The notes beneath the pieces are model-generated. The model was given only the letters and a program-made list of their open reading frames with translations, did no database searches and was not told where the DNA came from. Below, in pieces: positions 48,105 through 58,294 of a stretch of DNA of 64,000 bases. The stretch is from Patescibacteria group bacterium. GTDB lineage: Bacteria > Patescibacteriota > Patescibacteriia > Patescibacteriales > UBA12465. How positions within the stretch are numbered: the stretch's first letter is position 1; each line of letters starts with the position of its first letter. Position numbers and translations under genes: made by a program. Location of the stretch: the NCBI GenBank assembly GCA_041658665.1, contig JBAZZR010000002.1, positions 243,437-307,436 of the forward strand, in the 5' to 3' direction.

Positions 48105-50722
48105 AAATTATTAATCAAATCGACAATTTTTTTTAATTCTAGGGCATACTGATCTAATTTTTCTTTTTCTCCCGTAACTATTTTTTCCGGGGCGCGACTC
48201 ATAAATTCAGCATTAGCTAATTTTTGAGATTGTTTATCCAACAATTTCTCTAAATTACTCTTTTCTTTAATTAAACGGTCTTTTTCTTGGGCGACATCAA
48301 CAGACACCAATAAATAAATCTCCATTTCACCAATAACTATCGCCAGCGCCCCCTTAATCTTCTCTCCCTTTTCTTTGATTTCTAAAGAACTAAGGCCAGT
48401 CCGCAAACCGCTAATTAAATCTCGATTACTCTCTAGCTTAGCCGTACGGCTATGACCATAAATCACGGCCATGAGCTTCTGGGACGCTTCAATTTTATTA
48501 GCGCTACGCGCATTACGAATAGCGACGATGACTTCTTGTAGATAATTAAAATCGTCAGTCACACTAACCCGCAAAGACTTATCAGGTTGCGGCCACCCGG
48601 CAACCATCAACAGAGAATCATTAAAACTAGCCCAGATAGTTTCGGTGACATAAGGAATAAAAGGATGCCACAGAATGAGAATATTTCTTAAAACATAAAT
48701 TAATATTTGTTCCTTATCTTTTTCAATTTTCGCTATCTCTAAATACCAATCCGCTAATTTATTCCAAGTGAAATCAAACAAATCCTCAGCCGCTAAAGAA
48801 AATTCAAAATTATTTAAGCGGGCGGTCGTTCTCCTAATCAAATCGTCCAATTCTTTAATAATCCAGGCATCCGCCTCGGTCCGGACGATCGGCCAAATTT
48901 CTAACGAGGACGCAAAAAACTTTTCGTCGACAGCGCCCAGAATAAATCTAGAAATATTCCAAAATTTATTAATAAAATTACGTTTCGCTGCGACTTTGTC
49001 TTCACTATAACGAGAATCATTACCTGGGGTAGAGCCCATTAACAGGGCCAGCCTTAAAGAGTCAGCTCCATATTTTTCAATGACTTCTAAAGGATCAACG
49101 CCATTACCCTTGGACTTAGACATTTTCTTGCCATCTTTATCTAAAATAGTGCCATGTAAATAAACATGCTCAAAAGGTATTTCATTAAGAGCAAAAAATG
49201 ACATCATAATCATCCGCGACACCCAGAGAGTCAAAATTTCATAACCAGTTTCTAAAACTTGCGTTGGGTGAAACCTAGCTAAATCACCAGTTTTTACACC
49301 ATCTTTTAAATTATCCGGCCAACCTAACGTCGAAAATGTCCACATACCCGAAGAAAACCAAGTATCTAAAGTATCTTCGTCTTTAATCCAACCCTCTCCG
49401 GTAGGTGCATTTTCTCCAACATAAACATCGTCATTTTTATACCAAACCGGTAATTCGTGCCCAAACCAAATCTGACGAGAAATACACCAATCGTGTAAAT
49501 TAGTCATCCAGTCTTTAAAACTCTTATTAAATCTCTCTGGTAAAAATTCAATGTCTCTTTTTTCGACCGCCTCTAGAGCCTTTTCTTTCAGGGATTTATT
49601 TCCAAGACGTTCTAACTTTTTATCAACACTAATAAACCATTGCTTCGAAGGCAATGGTTCAATAACCGTATCACAACGATAACAAACCGCCGCACTATGC
49701 TCATAATTTTCATCAATATGATCAATAAATCCCATTGAGAGCATGTCCTCCACAATTGCCTCCCTGGCTTCTTTAGTTGTTAATCCAGCATATTTTCCGC
49801 AATTATCCATCATTCTTCCGTCTTCATTAATAATTTTTTTACTAGGCAAATTATGTCTCTGGGCAATTTCATTGTCAATAAAGCTGTGAGCAGGAGTTAC
49901 TTTAATTGCCCCGGATCCAAAATCCATATCGACGGCGTAATCAGCAACTACAACAACCTTAAAAGAACCAAGAACTCCTTCGATGTCTAGCTCTTGACCA
50001 ATATATTTTTTATATCGTTCGTCACTAGGGTGGACAGCGACCGCGGTGTCGCCAAGCTTAGTTTCCGGGCGAGAAGTGGCTAAAATAAACGGACCATATT
50101 TTATCCAATATAGTTTTGCTGTTTCGTCTTTATGTTCTACCTCATCATCAGCTAAAGTCGAGTGACAGCGCGGGCACCAATTAATCACTCTTTCCCCGCG
50201 ATAAATAACCCCCTCATTATACATGCTAATAAACATCGTGCTGACTGCTTTTTGACGTTGTTCGTCTAAAGTAAAGGCCAAACGAGACCAATCAAGGGAA
50301 GACCCCATCTTTTTAGTCTGATTAAGAATAACCCCTTGGGTTTCCTTAACAAATTTCCAAACTTCAGCTAAAAATTTCTCCCGTCCTAAATCATGCCTAG
50401 TTTTCCCGCTTTCCTTTAATATTTTCTTCTCGACTACGCTTTGCGTGGCAATCGCCGCGTGATCGGTCCCAGGCAGCCAAAGAGCCCGCTCGCCTAAAAG
50501 ACGATGATAGCGGATTAACAAATCCTCAATCGCCAACATCGCGCTATGCCCGATATGTAATTTCGCGGTAATGTTTGGCGGGGGAAGAATAATGGTATAA
50601 TTTTTGGCGTCAGACGCTAATGACAAATTATCTGGATTAAAATAACCAGTATTTTCCCATTTCTGATAGATTTTATCTTCATGTTCGGCCGAATTATAGG
50701 CCTTAGAGAGTTCACATTTCAT
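48101..50722 (-). CDS. valS: Valine--tRNA ligase
   Basis: HIGH motif (PPNITAKLHIGHS), KMSKS (KMSKSKGN), an editing domain and a C-terminal coiled-coil. Length 873 aa. Confidence 0.9.
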   Translation of the reverse strand: MKCELSKAYNSAEHEDKIYQKWENTGYFNPDNLSLASDAKNYTIILPPPNITAKLHIGHSAMLAIEDLLIRYHRLLGERALWLPGTDHAAIATQSVVEKKILKESGKTRHDLGREKFLAEVWKFVKETQGVILNQTKKMGSSLDWSRLAFTLDEQRQKAVSTMFISMYNEGVIYRGERVINWCPRCHSTLADDEVEHKDETAKLYWIKYGPFILATSRPETKLGDTAVAVHPSDERYKKYIGQELDIEGVLGSFKVVVVADYAVDMDFGSGAIKVTPAHSFIDNEIAQRHNLPSKKIINEDGRMMDNCGKYAGLTTKEAREAIVEDMLSMGFIDHIDENYEHSAAVCYRCDTVIEPLPSKQWFISVDKKLERLGNKSLKEKALEAVEKRDIEFLPERFNKSFKDWMTNLHDWCISRQIWFGHELPVWYKNDDVYVGENAPTGEGWIKDEDTLDTWFSSGMWTFSTLGWPDNLKDGVKTGDLARFHPTQVLETGYEILTLWVSRMIMMSFFALNEIPFEHVYLHGTILDKDGKKMSKSKGNGVDPLEVIEKYGADSLRLALLMGSTPGNDSRYSEDKVAAKRNFINKFWNISRFILGAVDEKFFASSLEIWPIVRTEADAWIIKELDDLIRRTTARLNNFEFSLAAEDLFDFTWNKLADWYLEIAKIEKDKEQILIYVLRNILILWHPFIPYVTETIWASFNDSLLMVAGWPQPDKSLRVSVTDDFNYLQEVIVAIRNARSANKIEASQKLMAVIYGHSRTAKLESNRDLISGLRTGLSSLEIKEKGEKIKGALAIVIGEMEIYLLVSVDVAQEKDRLIKEKSNLEKLLDKQSQKLANAEFMSRAPEKIVTGEKEKLDQYALELKKIVDLINNL

Positions 50723-50874
50723 AGCTTAAAATTACCAAAAAAATAGGCCAAAGTCAATTCACCAAGTAATTGTTTTTTATATTAAATCGGCTTTAAGTCA
50801 AGATTGACTAGGTCATAAAATAATTATATAGTTAATCATTAAACTAATATTATTCCCGGGCTTATCTAGACCAC

Positions 50875-52017
50875 ATGCTCAACTTAGAACAACAAATTTT
50901 CCAACAATTAGAAAAATCGCAAAATATTCTAATCGTATTCGCGACTAATTGGGGGGGTGATTCTATGGCGGCCGCCCTCGCCTTTTTTTTATTTCTCAAA
51001 AAAATGGATAAAAATGTCGAAATCGCCACCACTAAAGATAGTAATAAATTAGAACAATTATCTTTTTTACCCGCTTACGCCGAAATTAAAAATGATTTGA
51101 ATAATTTACAGAAATTTATAGTCTCGCTCAATATTAGCCAAGCGAAAATAAACCAAATAAAATATACCGTCGACAATAACCAGCTTAATTTTATAATTTC
51201 CCCTTCGAGCGGTTGGTTCGAACCAGAAGACGTTAGTATGCGTGCCGGCGAATTTAAATATGATCTAATTATTACTCTAGGCGCCAATGACTTAGAATCT
51301 TTAGGAAAAATTTATGATGATAATATTAATTTTTTCTATAAAACCACCATTATTAATATCAGCTGCCAATCGGCTAATGAAAGTTTTGGACAAATTAATT
51401 TAATCGACTTAAACGCAATCGCCGATTCAGAAATTCTCTTTTCGCTCTTCAAAAATAATAAAGCCGAATTACTGAGCGAGGATATTGCCACCTGCCTCTT
51501 GGCCGGTATAATCCAAAAAACTCGAAACTTCAAAAATACCAATCTCACTCCCCGCGTTCTTTCAGATACAGCCGAACTAATATTCAAAGGCGCTAGACGA
51601 GAAGAAATAATCACTCATTTATATCGTTCTCGCAACATTAACTCTCTAAAACTTTGGGGAAAAATACTTAATAATCTAAAATCGGAAAATAACGAAGAGT
51701 TTTTATGGTCTGTCCTTCGCACTAACGATTTTATAGACACGGGCGCGACCGATGAAGACTTAGATAATATCATCGAGGAGCTTATTGCGAGTATCCCTAA
51801 AGCCAAAATAATAGTCATTCTGCGTGAAGAAGAAATTAATAAAACTAAACTGATTACTTATTCTTTAAAAAACATTAACGCCTTAGAATTTACTCAAGAA
51901 TATAACCCGACCGGAACTATTAGATGCGCCCAGGCTAGCCTAGCCCTAGATCTCCAAACGGCTATCGTGGAAATTATTGTGACCTTAAAGCGTCGGCTTG
52001 ATAAATTAACTTCATAA
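50875..52017 (+). CDS. DHH/DHHA1-like (NrnA-like) phosphoesterase homolog with degenerate catalytic motifs
   Basis: The N-terminal pattern ILIVFATNWGGDSMAAALAFFLF aligns to the NrnA HxxPDGDAxGS motif, but the His/Asp residues are replaced. No DHH triad is found later. Confidence 0.35.
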   Translation: MLNLEQQIFQQLEKSQNILIVFATNWGGDSMAAALAFFLFLKKMDKNVEIATTKDSNKLEQLSFLPAYAEIKNDLNNLQKFIVSLNISQAKINQIKYTVDNNQLNFIISPSSGWFEPEDVSMRAGEFKYDLIITLGANDLESLGKIYDDNINFFYKTTIINISCQSANESFGQINLIDLNAIADSEILFSLFKNNKAELLSEDIATCLLAGIIQKTRNFKNTNLTPRVLSDTAELIFKGARREEIITHLYRSRNINSLKLWGKILNNLKSENNEEFLWSVLRTNDFIDTGATDEDLDNIIEELIASIPKAKIIVILREEEINKTKLITYSLKNINALEFTQEYNPTGTIRCAQASLALDLQTAIVEIIVTLKRRLDKLTS

Positions 52018-52080
52018 TGTTATAAAATAATTGTTACTTACCAAACGCTTGCAATATCCACTAGTGATAATTATAATGTA

Positions 52081-52154
52081 GGGCATATAGCTCAGTTGGT
52101 TAGAGCACCGCTCTTATAAAGCGGGGGTCGATGGTTCAAGTCCATCTATGCCCA
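52081..52154 (+). tRNA. tRNA-Ile (anticodon UAU)
   Basis: gggcatatagctcagttggttagagcaccgctcTTATAAagcgggggtcgatggttcaagtccatctatgccca gives a clean cloverleaf. The body resembles tRNA-Ile and the anticodon loop is cuUAUaa. Confidence 0.7.
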
Positions 52155-52170
52155 CGACTAATAAAATAAA

Positions 52171-52244
52171 GGGCTCGTAGCTCAGTTGGTTAGAGCGTTA
52201 CGTTGACATCGTAAAGGTCGCCCGTTCGAATCGGGCCGGGCCCA
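52171..52244 (+). tRNA. tRNA-Val (anticodon GAC)
   Basis: gggctcgtagctcagttggttagagcgttacgtTGACATcgtaa..., anticodon loop uuGACau. Confidence 0.8.
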
Positions 52245-52331
52245 CTAAGAGATACGTTTTTAAAAAACGTATTTTTTATTACTTATTTACTTTTTTATCA
52301 ATTATTGATAAATTATAAGAGAAATAATAAT

Positions 52332-52748
52332 ATGATTTTCCGTAAAAAAGGAGAGGACAACCATTTAATAACAAAGACCAGTCCGTCCATTACGGAGTGG
52401 CTTGATTACGAGGAACCAGAATCAGAGGGTCAATTAGCGATTGATGTTTACCAAACCGACAAAAAAATTATTATTCAATCGACTATCGCCGGCGCTAAAC
52501 CGGAAGATTTAAAGATCTCTTTACATAATGATTTACTGACTATTCGCGGGACTCGTTTAAGTGGTGGGGAAATTAATAATAATGATTACTTATATCGAGA
52601 ATGCTATTGGGGGGCTTTCTCTCGTTCCATTATCTTGCCGGCCGAAGTCGACAGTAAACACGTGGAAGCGGAACTTGAGAATGGCGTTTTGACCATCACG
52701 CTCTACAAACATCAACCCGACAAAATTGAAATAAAAATAAAGGATTAA
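52332..52748 (+). CDS. Hsp20/alpha-crystallin family small heat-shock protein
   Basis: Alpha-crystallin domain (LAIDVYQTDKKIIIQSTIAGAKPEDLKISLHNDLLTIRG...ENGVLTITL). The track's start at 52305 is a TTG, so the ATG at 52332 is preferred. Confidence 0.75.
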   Translation: MIFRKKGEDNHLITKTSPSITEWLDYEEPESEGQLAIDVYQTDKKIIIQSTIAGAKPEDLKISLHNDLLTIRGTRLSGGEINNNDYLYRECYWGAFSRSIILPAEVDSKHVEAELENGVLTITLYKHQPDKIEIKIKD

Positions 52749-52766
52749 ACACCGACTTTAAAATAT

Positions 52767-54677
52767 ATGAAATTAGAGGCGCGCCTAGCAGGAATTATTA
52801 TTATCATATTTTCTTTGCTGATAGCCTCTTTTTTGATATTTTCTTATTTTACTTGGTCACAACAATACCAGCAACGAATTTACCCCGGCGTCTACCTAGG
52901 AGATTTAGACTTGGGTGGTAAAACCTCTCAACAAGCGGAAGCCCTACTTAATGAACGTCTAGAGACTATTCAAAATAACGGCTTAACCTTTACCGACAAT
53001 AAAAAATCGGCTATTTTAATGGCCGACGTGGTCTCTTTTGATTCTGATTTATCCCGTCCCGCCTTCTTATTCAACAAACAAGAAACTCTCGCCGCCATTT
53101 ACGGAAACGACTCCGACCGCACTTTTCTACACTATTTAATAAACTCAATAAAAACAAAAAAGCGTAAACAAGTTTTAGCTATTTACCAATTAAACGAAGA
53201 GATTATCATCTCCTTTTTAAAAGAAAATTTTCCGGAATTAAATATTGAAGCGAAAAACGCTTCTTTTACTGTCGCCGATAAACCAGCTAATCATAATTTA
53301 TTAAAAATAGCTCCGGAAACTCCCGGTAAAGAAATAAACTATGAACAAATTTGGCAAGAAATTAAAAATAAATTTAACAATTTAGAAACAGGAATAATTA
53401 TTGTTAAGACCCAATCGAAATATCCTTTAGTCCGAGCGACTGATTTAATAAATATTTCTCCCGAAGCAGAAAAAATAATCAACCGTGGCAATTTAACTTT
53501 ACTACTACCCGCTGAGATCGGAACATCGACTAGAAAAAGCTGGGTGGTAACACCCCAAAAAATAGTTACCTGGTTAAGCCTTCAAGATTCACAAAATCAA
53601 AAGATTATTTTTCTCGACTACGAAAAAATTAAATCCTATTTAACGAGTGTCATCGCCCCACAAGTAAATTTAGAGGCGAGTTTACCAAGATTTGAAATAA
53701 AAAACGGCAAAGTATCGAGCTGGCAAAAAGGACAAAGCGGACAAAAATTAGAATTAGAAAATAATGCTATCAACATTAGTCAAGAATATCTCAGCGGACG
53801 TAGCGAAGTCTCTTTATTAATGACAGAAATCTCAGCTGAAGAACCAGTTGGAGAAAATATGCAAATTAAAGAAATCCTCGGCACTGGGCATTCAAATTTT
53901 ACAGGCTCACCGGCTAATCGCCGACATAATATTCAAACGGGAGCTAACGCCCTCCACGGATTATTAATCAAACCCGGCGAGGAATTTTCTCTATTAAAGA
54001 CTATTGGTGAGGTTAATGCTCAGACGGGGTACCTAACGGAATTAGTTATTAAAGGCGACAAAACAATACCCGAATTCGGGGGCGGCTTATGCCAAATCGG
54101 AACTACTATTTTTCGTTCCGCTCTTTCCTCTGGACTCCCTATTACCATGAGACAAAACCATTCTTATCGAGTTTCTTATTACGAGCCCGCGGGAACTGAT
54201 GCCACTATCTATATCCCCAATCCAGATTTTCGTTTTCTTAATGATACTGGTAATTATATTTTAATTCAGTCTCGTTTGGTAAAAAATGACTTATATTTTG
54301 ATCTTTGGGGGGTAAAAGATGGCCGCTTAGCCACTACGACCTATCCGGTAATTTATAATATCGTCGAACCGGAACCGACTAAATTAGTAGAGAGTAATGA
54401 CTTAAAACCCGGTGAAAAAAAATGCACCGAAAAATCTCATAACGGCGCCGACGCCTACTTTGATTACACCGTTATCTATCCTAGTACTAGTACTACACCC
54501 AACGTTAAAGAAAGAAGATTTAAATCTCATTACGTTCCCTGGAGAGCGGTCTGTTTAATCGGTAAATCAACATCAAGTTCGGCGATTATCTCAAGTTCAA
54601 CTCCCTCTAAATTAGGTACCAGTAGTCTGCCTAATGCTAGTTCCAGTTTGCAGGCTAGCTCTTCTTTAATAAATTAA
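52767..54677 (+). CDS. VanW-family protein with N-terminal TM anchor and Ser-rich C-terminal tail
   Basis: VanW core GGGLCQIGTTIFRSAL. The C-terminus is low-complexity (SSSAIISSSTPSKLGTSSLPNASSSLQASSS). Confidence 0.7.
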   Translation: MKLEARLAGIIIIIFSLLIASFLIFSYFTWSQQYQQRIYPGVYLGDLDLGGKTSQQAEALLNERLETIQNNGLTFTDNKKSAILMADVVSFDSDLSRPAFLFNKQETLAAIYGNDSDRTFLHYLINSIKTKKRKQVLAIYQLNEEIIISFLKENFPELNIEAKNASFTVADKPANHNLLKIAPETPGKEINYEQIWQEIKNKFNNLETGIIIVKTQSKYPLVRATDLINISPEAEKIINRGNLTLLLPAEIGTSTRKSWVVTPQKIVTWLSLQDSQNQKIIFLDYEKIKSYLTSVIAPQVNLEASLPRFEIKNGKVSSWQKGQSGQKLELENNAINISQEYLSGRSEVSLLMTEISAEEPVGENMQIKEILGTGHSNFTGSPANRRHNIQTGANALHGLLIKPGEEFSLLKTIGEVNAQTGYLTELVIKGDKTIPEFGGGLCQIGTTIFRSALSSGLPITMRQNHSYRVSYYEPAGTDATIYIPNPDFRFLNDTGNYILIQSRLVKNDLYFDLWGVKDGRLATTTYPVIYNIVEPEPTKLVESNDLKPGEKKCTEKSHNGADAYFDYTVIYPSTSTTPNVKERRFKSHYVPWRAVCLIGKSTSSSAIISSSTPSKLGTSSLPNASSSLQASSSLIN

Positions 54678-54757
54678 AAACGACCGGGACAGCGGCCGTT
54701 ATTTTAACTAGATAAAATATTCCAAAGAATTACTCGAATTTATCGTGATCAGACTAA

Positions 54758-55504
54758 TTAGCTAACAATTTCTCCATCAATAACCCCGGCGGCCTTAGAG
54801 CCGCTATTTTTTTTAAAAGTTAAACCCTGCTGTAAAGCGGTTAATAGAGTTAACACCAACCAATAAAGCGTCAGCCCGCCGGGCAGGGAAATACCAATAA
54901 AAATAGTTAGAGCGGGCATAAAATAAAGCATTTGTTTATTCATAATCGCCGCCATATTATCTTCTGCCCCTTTAATCGCGTTAACCGCTGGCTTATTAAT
55001 CATCATTTTCGCCTGCAAAAATTGAGCTAGACCGGCTAAAACCGCCAAATAAACACTCGGATGAGCTAAATCTAAAAAACCCAAAGATAGAGTATTAATA
55101 ATTGTTGGTCGACTAATAAAAGAGTAAGTCAGCTCTAATTGATTATTAATACTATTAGTAAAAACTCGATAAACAGCTAATAAAAATGGTAGTTGAATAA
55201 GTAGTGGCAAACAAGAAGAAAAGGGATTAACTTTATTTTCTTTATACAAATCCATGGTCGCACGGCTGAGCTCGGCCTTATTGTCAGCATGTCGTTTCTT
55301 CAGCTCCTCTATTTTCGGTTGCAAATCTTGCAGGGCTTTCTGGGACTTAATTGCTGTTCTGCCTAATGGCCAAAAAACTAATTTTATAACTACCGTTAAT
55401 AGAATAATAGCAATACCTAGATCCTGAAAAGAAATAGTATTATATAAAAAAATTAAAAGATTTAAAATCGGCTGGTAAAAAAGAATCGTAAAAATTTGCG
55501 ACAT
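54758..55504 (-). CDS. yidC: Membrane protein insertase YidC (short Gram-positive/Oxa1-type)
   Basis: Five-TM core with a conserved hydrophilic groove region (…KSQKALQDLQPKIEELKKRHADNKAELSRATMDLYKENKVNPFSSCLPLLIQLP…). Confidence 0.8.
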   Translation of the reverse strand: MSQIFTILFYQPILNLLIFLYNTISFQDLGIAIILLTVVIKLVFWPLGRTAIKSQKALQDLQPKIEELKKRHADNKAELSRATMDLYKENKVNPFSSCLPLLIQLPFLLAVYRVFTNSINNQLELTYSFISRPTIINTLSLGFLDLAHPSVYLAVLAGLAQFLQAKMMINKPAVNAIKGAEDNMAAIMNKQMLYFMPALTIFIGISLPGGLTLYWLVLTLLTALQQGLTFKKNSGSKAAGVIDGEIVS

Positions 55505-55609
55505 AAAATTTATCTATTTTATTAAATTTAAAAATATGTAATTAATCATTACAATATATATTATATCTCCCGTTCATTATAAATTATAAACAAAAAATAA
55601 GCCACTTAT

Positions 55610-55864
55610 TTATTTTAGAGGATCGTCGCCTCCTTTATTCCAGGGATTACAGCGCAAAACACGCCAAACCGCCAAAGAACCACCCTTAACCACACCATAC
55701 TTATCAATAGCTTCTAAACAATAAGTTGAACAACTGGGCGTAAAACGACAAAAGCCATAAGGGTAAAAAAATTTAAATAAACCATGATCGGGAGACAAGG
55801 TTTTTTGATAAACTTTTATTAGAAAAACTAATATTTTTCTAGGTATAAATAATATTTTTAACAT
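55610..55864 (-). CDS. yidD: Membrane protein insertion efficiency factor YidD
   Basis: YPYGFCRFTPSCSTYCLEAIDKYGVVKGGSLAVWRVLRCNPWNKGGDDP matches the YidD signature. Confidence 0.8.
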   Translation of the reverse strand: MLKILFIPRKILVFLIKVYQKTLSPDHGLFKFFYPYGFCRFTPSCSTYCLEAIDKYGVVKGGSLAVWRVLRCNPWNKGGDDPLK

Positions 55865-55884
55865 AAATAATATTAAATATTAGC

Positions 55885-56226
55885 CTAATTATAAAGTTTT
55901 AAGCGACTAAAACCAGATTTTAGGGATAATCTAATATCAGTAAAATTTTTATCTAATATTGGCGGAAGAACAATAATAACCAAATCTTTACCTGTTTTCA
56001 TTTTTTCCAGCTCTTCTTTAATAATAGATCTTATTCTTCGCTTAATAAGATTACGAACAGTGGCTTTTTTGCTAACTTTAGTACTAACTAATATTCCAAA
56101 ACGATTAACCCCTAAATTATTATCAACTGATTTAACCCCAATAAGTTTATCATAAAAAGATTGACCAAACTTAAAAGCTTGGTCAAAATCTTTATCAAAC
56201 TTAATTCGATTATTCTTCGCTAGCAT
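55885..56226 (-). CDS. rnpA: Ribonuclease P protein component
   Basis: Basic 113-aa protein with a conserved RnpA-type basic motif (…ATVRNLIKRRIRSII…). Lies between rpmH and yidD. Confidence 0.8.
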   Translation of the reverse strand: MLAKNNRIKFDKDFDQAFKFGQSFYDKLIGVKSVDNNLGVNRFGILVSTKVSKKATVRNLIKRRIRSIIKEELEKMKTGKDLVIIVLPPILDKNFTDIRLSLKSGFSRLKLYN

Positions 56227-56252
56227 TTACGCTATTCTAAGATTTACTTAAC

Positions 56253-56381
56253 TATTTTCTTACGACCTTTCTCGCGGCGACGGCGTAAAACCTCACGGCC
56301 ATCTTTAGTAGCCATTCTCTTTAAAAATCCATGTTTTGTTTTGGCTCGGCGCTTGTTTGGCTGGTAGGTTCTTTTAGGCAT
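56253..56381 (-). CDS. rpmH: 50S ribosomal protein L34 (not in the supplied ORF track)
   Basis: Manual translation of the minus strand gives [42 protein letters not shown], which is classic L34. It starts the rpmH-rnpA-yidD-yidC cluster. Confidence 0.75.
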
Positions 56382-56593
56382 AAATCACATTTTTAATTTA
56401 TTAATTCTTATATAAGATAACATCTTTATTTAATGAAGTCAATAATTTTTTTTACTTTAAATCTTATCTTATCCACTTGTTATCAACATCTTCTAAACAA
56501 ATACCCAGCTTGTTATAAAATTATTTATCTAATATAATTAGGTTTATAAATATACTCTAACCTAACTCCGATTTTTAACGTTAATCTATTGGT
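56382..56593. other. oriC part 1: rpmH-dnaA intergenic region with adjacent DnaA boxes
   Basis: cTTATCCACTtgTTATCAACAtc (two boxes, each 8/9 to the TTATCCACA consensus) in AT-rich DNA. Gene orientation switches here (minus-strand genes upstream, plus-strand genes downstream). Confidence 0.6.
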
Positions 56594-58024
56594 ATGACAA
56601 ACGAACAAATTTGGCAGGCTGCCCTCGGGGAAATCGAGGTAAATTTATCACGCGCTAATTTCATTACCTGGTTTAAAGATACTTTTATCTCGTCTTTTGA
56701 AAACGAACGAATTATTTTGTGTGTCCCCAACGCTTTCGTAAAAAAATGGCTAGAAGAAAAATATCACCGCAATATTATTAGTGCTTTAGAAAATATTACT
56801 AAACAAAAAATTAAGGAAATAATCTATAAAATAGAATTAAAAAAGAACTCTAGTAGTTCTCAATTTAATCCTAGTAAAAATACCGAAAAAAATGGTAACG
56901 AACAACCAACTGGAGGTTTGAATAAATTTCCTGGTCAAGCGGCAACTCTAGAAACGAGTGGGTCCTTAAATAACGGCAGCCAAACTGGATCAAATCAATA
57001 TGGTTTAAACCCCCGCTATGTTTTCGAAAACTTCATTGTTGGACGAGGCAATGAATTAGCTCATGCCGCCTGTTTAGCAGTAACCGAAAATCTTGGTAAA
57101 TCTTATAACCCTTTATTTATCTACGGCGGTGTTGGTTTAGGAAAAACTCATCTTCTCCAAGCGATTGGTAACGCGGTCAGCAAAAGAACCAATAAAATTT
57201 TATACGTCACTAGTGAGAAATTCACTAATAATTACATCCAATCTGTGAAGGGCGGCCGCGCTAAAGAATTTAAAAATTTATATCGCAATGTTGATCTCCT
57301 CTTAATAGACGACGTTCAATTTATGGGCGGAAAAGACGGCACTCAGGAAGAATTCTTTCATACTTTTAATGAACTACAGCAGAACGATAAACAAATTGTT
57401 TTGACTTCTGACCGCCCCCCAAAATCAATCCCCGCTATTGAAAGCCGCCTAATTTCTCGCTTTGAGTCGGGAATGGTCGCTGATGTCGGTAAACCAGACA
57501 TCGAAACAAAGGTGGCTATTTTAGAAAGAAAGGCAATCGAAAAAAACTATCCCCTAGATAAAGAGATTCTAATGTACATAGCCGAACATGTCCAAAATAA
57601 TATTCGTGAATTAGAGGGGGCTTTAATTAAAGTTATCGCTTCCCACCAATTCAAGGGGATAACCCCTAATCTAAAAAGTGTTAAAGATATTCTTAACGAT
57701 TATGTCTCGAATATTCAGACAAAATCTTTAACACCAAAAGAAATTATTGAGGCCACCGCAAAATTCTATAATTTAACTTATAAAGATCTAATCAGTAAAG
57801 GGAGAAAAAAAGAATTGGTTTGGCCAAGGCAAATAGCTATTTTCTTAATCCGGGAAGAAATCGGAACCTCCTATCCTAGCATCGGGGCGGAACTCGGCGG
57901 GAGAGATCATACTACCGCCATGCACTCTTATAATAAAATCTACCAAGAAGTAAAAGAAAATGGGAATGAAAAAATTAAACAAGAAGTGGAGTCTATCCGA
58001 CAATTATTTTCAAGCGCTTACTAA
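56594..58024 (+). CDS. dnaA: Chromosomal replication initiator DnaA
   Basis: Walker A motif GGVGLGKTHLLQAIGN, AAA+ sensor motifs, and a C-terminal DNA-binding domain (…TSYPSIGAELGGRDHTTAMHSYNKI). Variable low-complexity linker (domain II). Confidence 0.9.
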   Translation: MTNEQIWQAALGEIEVNLSRANFITWFKDTFISSFENERIILCVPNAFVKKWLEEKYHRNIISALENITKQKIKEIIYKIELKKNSSSSQFNPSKNTEKNGNEQPTGGLNKFPGQAATLETSGSLNNGSQTGSNQYGLNPRYVFENFIVGRGNELAHAACLAVTENLGKSYNPLFIYGGVGLGKTHLLQAIGNAVSKRTNKILYVTSEKFTNNYIQSVKGGRAKEFKNLYRNVDLLLIDDVQFMGGKDGTQEEFFHTFNELQQNDKQIVLTSDRPPKSIPAIESRLISRFESGMVADVGKPDIETKVAILERKAIEKNYPLDKEILMYIAEHVQNNIRELEGALIKVIASHQFKGITPNLKSVKDILNDYVSNIQTKSLTPKEIIEATAKFYNLTYKDLISKGRKKELVWPRQIAIFLIREEIGTSYPSIGAELGGRDHTTAMHSYNKIYQEVKENGNEKIKQEVESIRQLFSSAY

Positions 58025-58294
58025 AAATCTGGTTTATTTCTGTGTATGAGCTGTGTAAAAATTATGAATAAAGGTCTAATTAATGTGAATAAAAATTGTC
58101 GAGGTGTTGATAAATAACTAAATAAAAAAAGTTATTAACGCCCACTCGAAATAATTAACAAGAAAATCAACAAGCTATAAACAAACGAAATTAAACAAAA
58201 CCCTAATTAAATGATTAAAATCGCGATAAACAAAAATTTATCCACCCCCTTATTACTATTATTAATTATATAATTAATAATTATAAATAATAAT
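58025..58294. other. oriC part 2: dnaA-dnaN intergenic region with DnaA boxes and an AT-rich unwinding element
   Basis: TTATCCACC, TGTTGATAA and TGTGAATAA boxes. A 45-nt pure A/T tract lies immediately upstream of dnaN. Confidence 0.55.
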
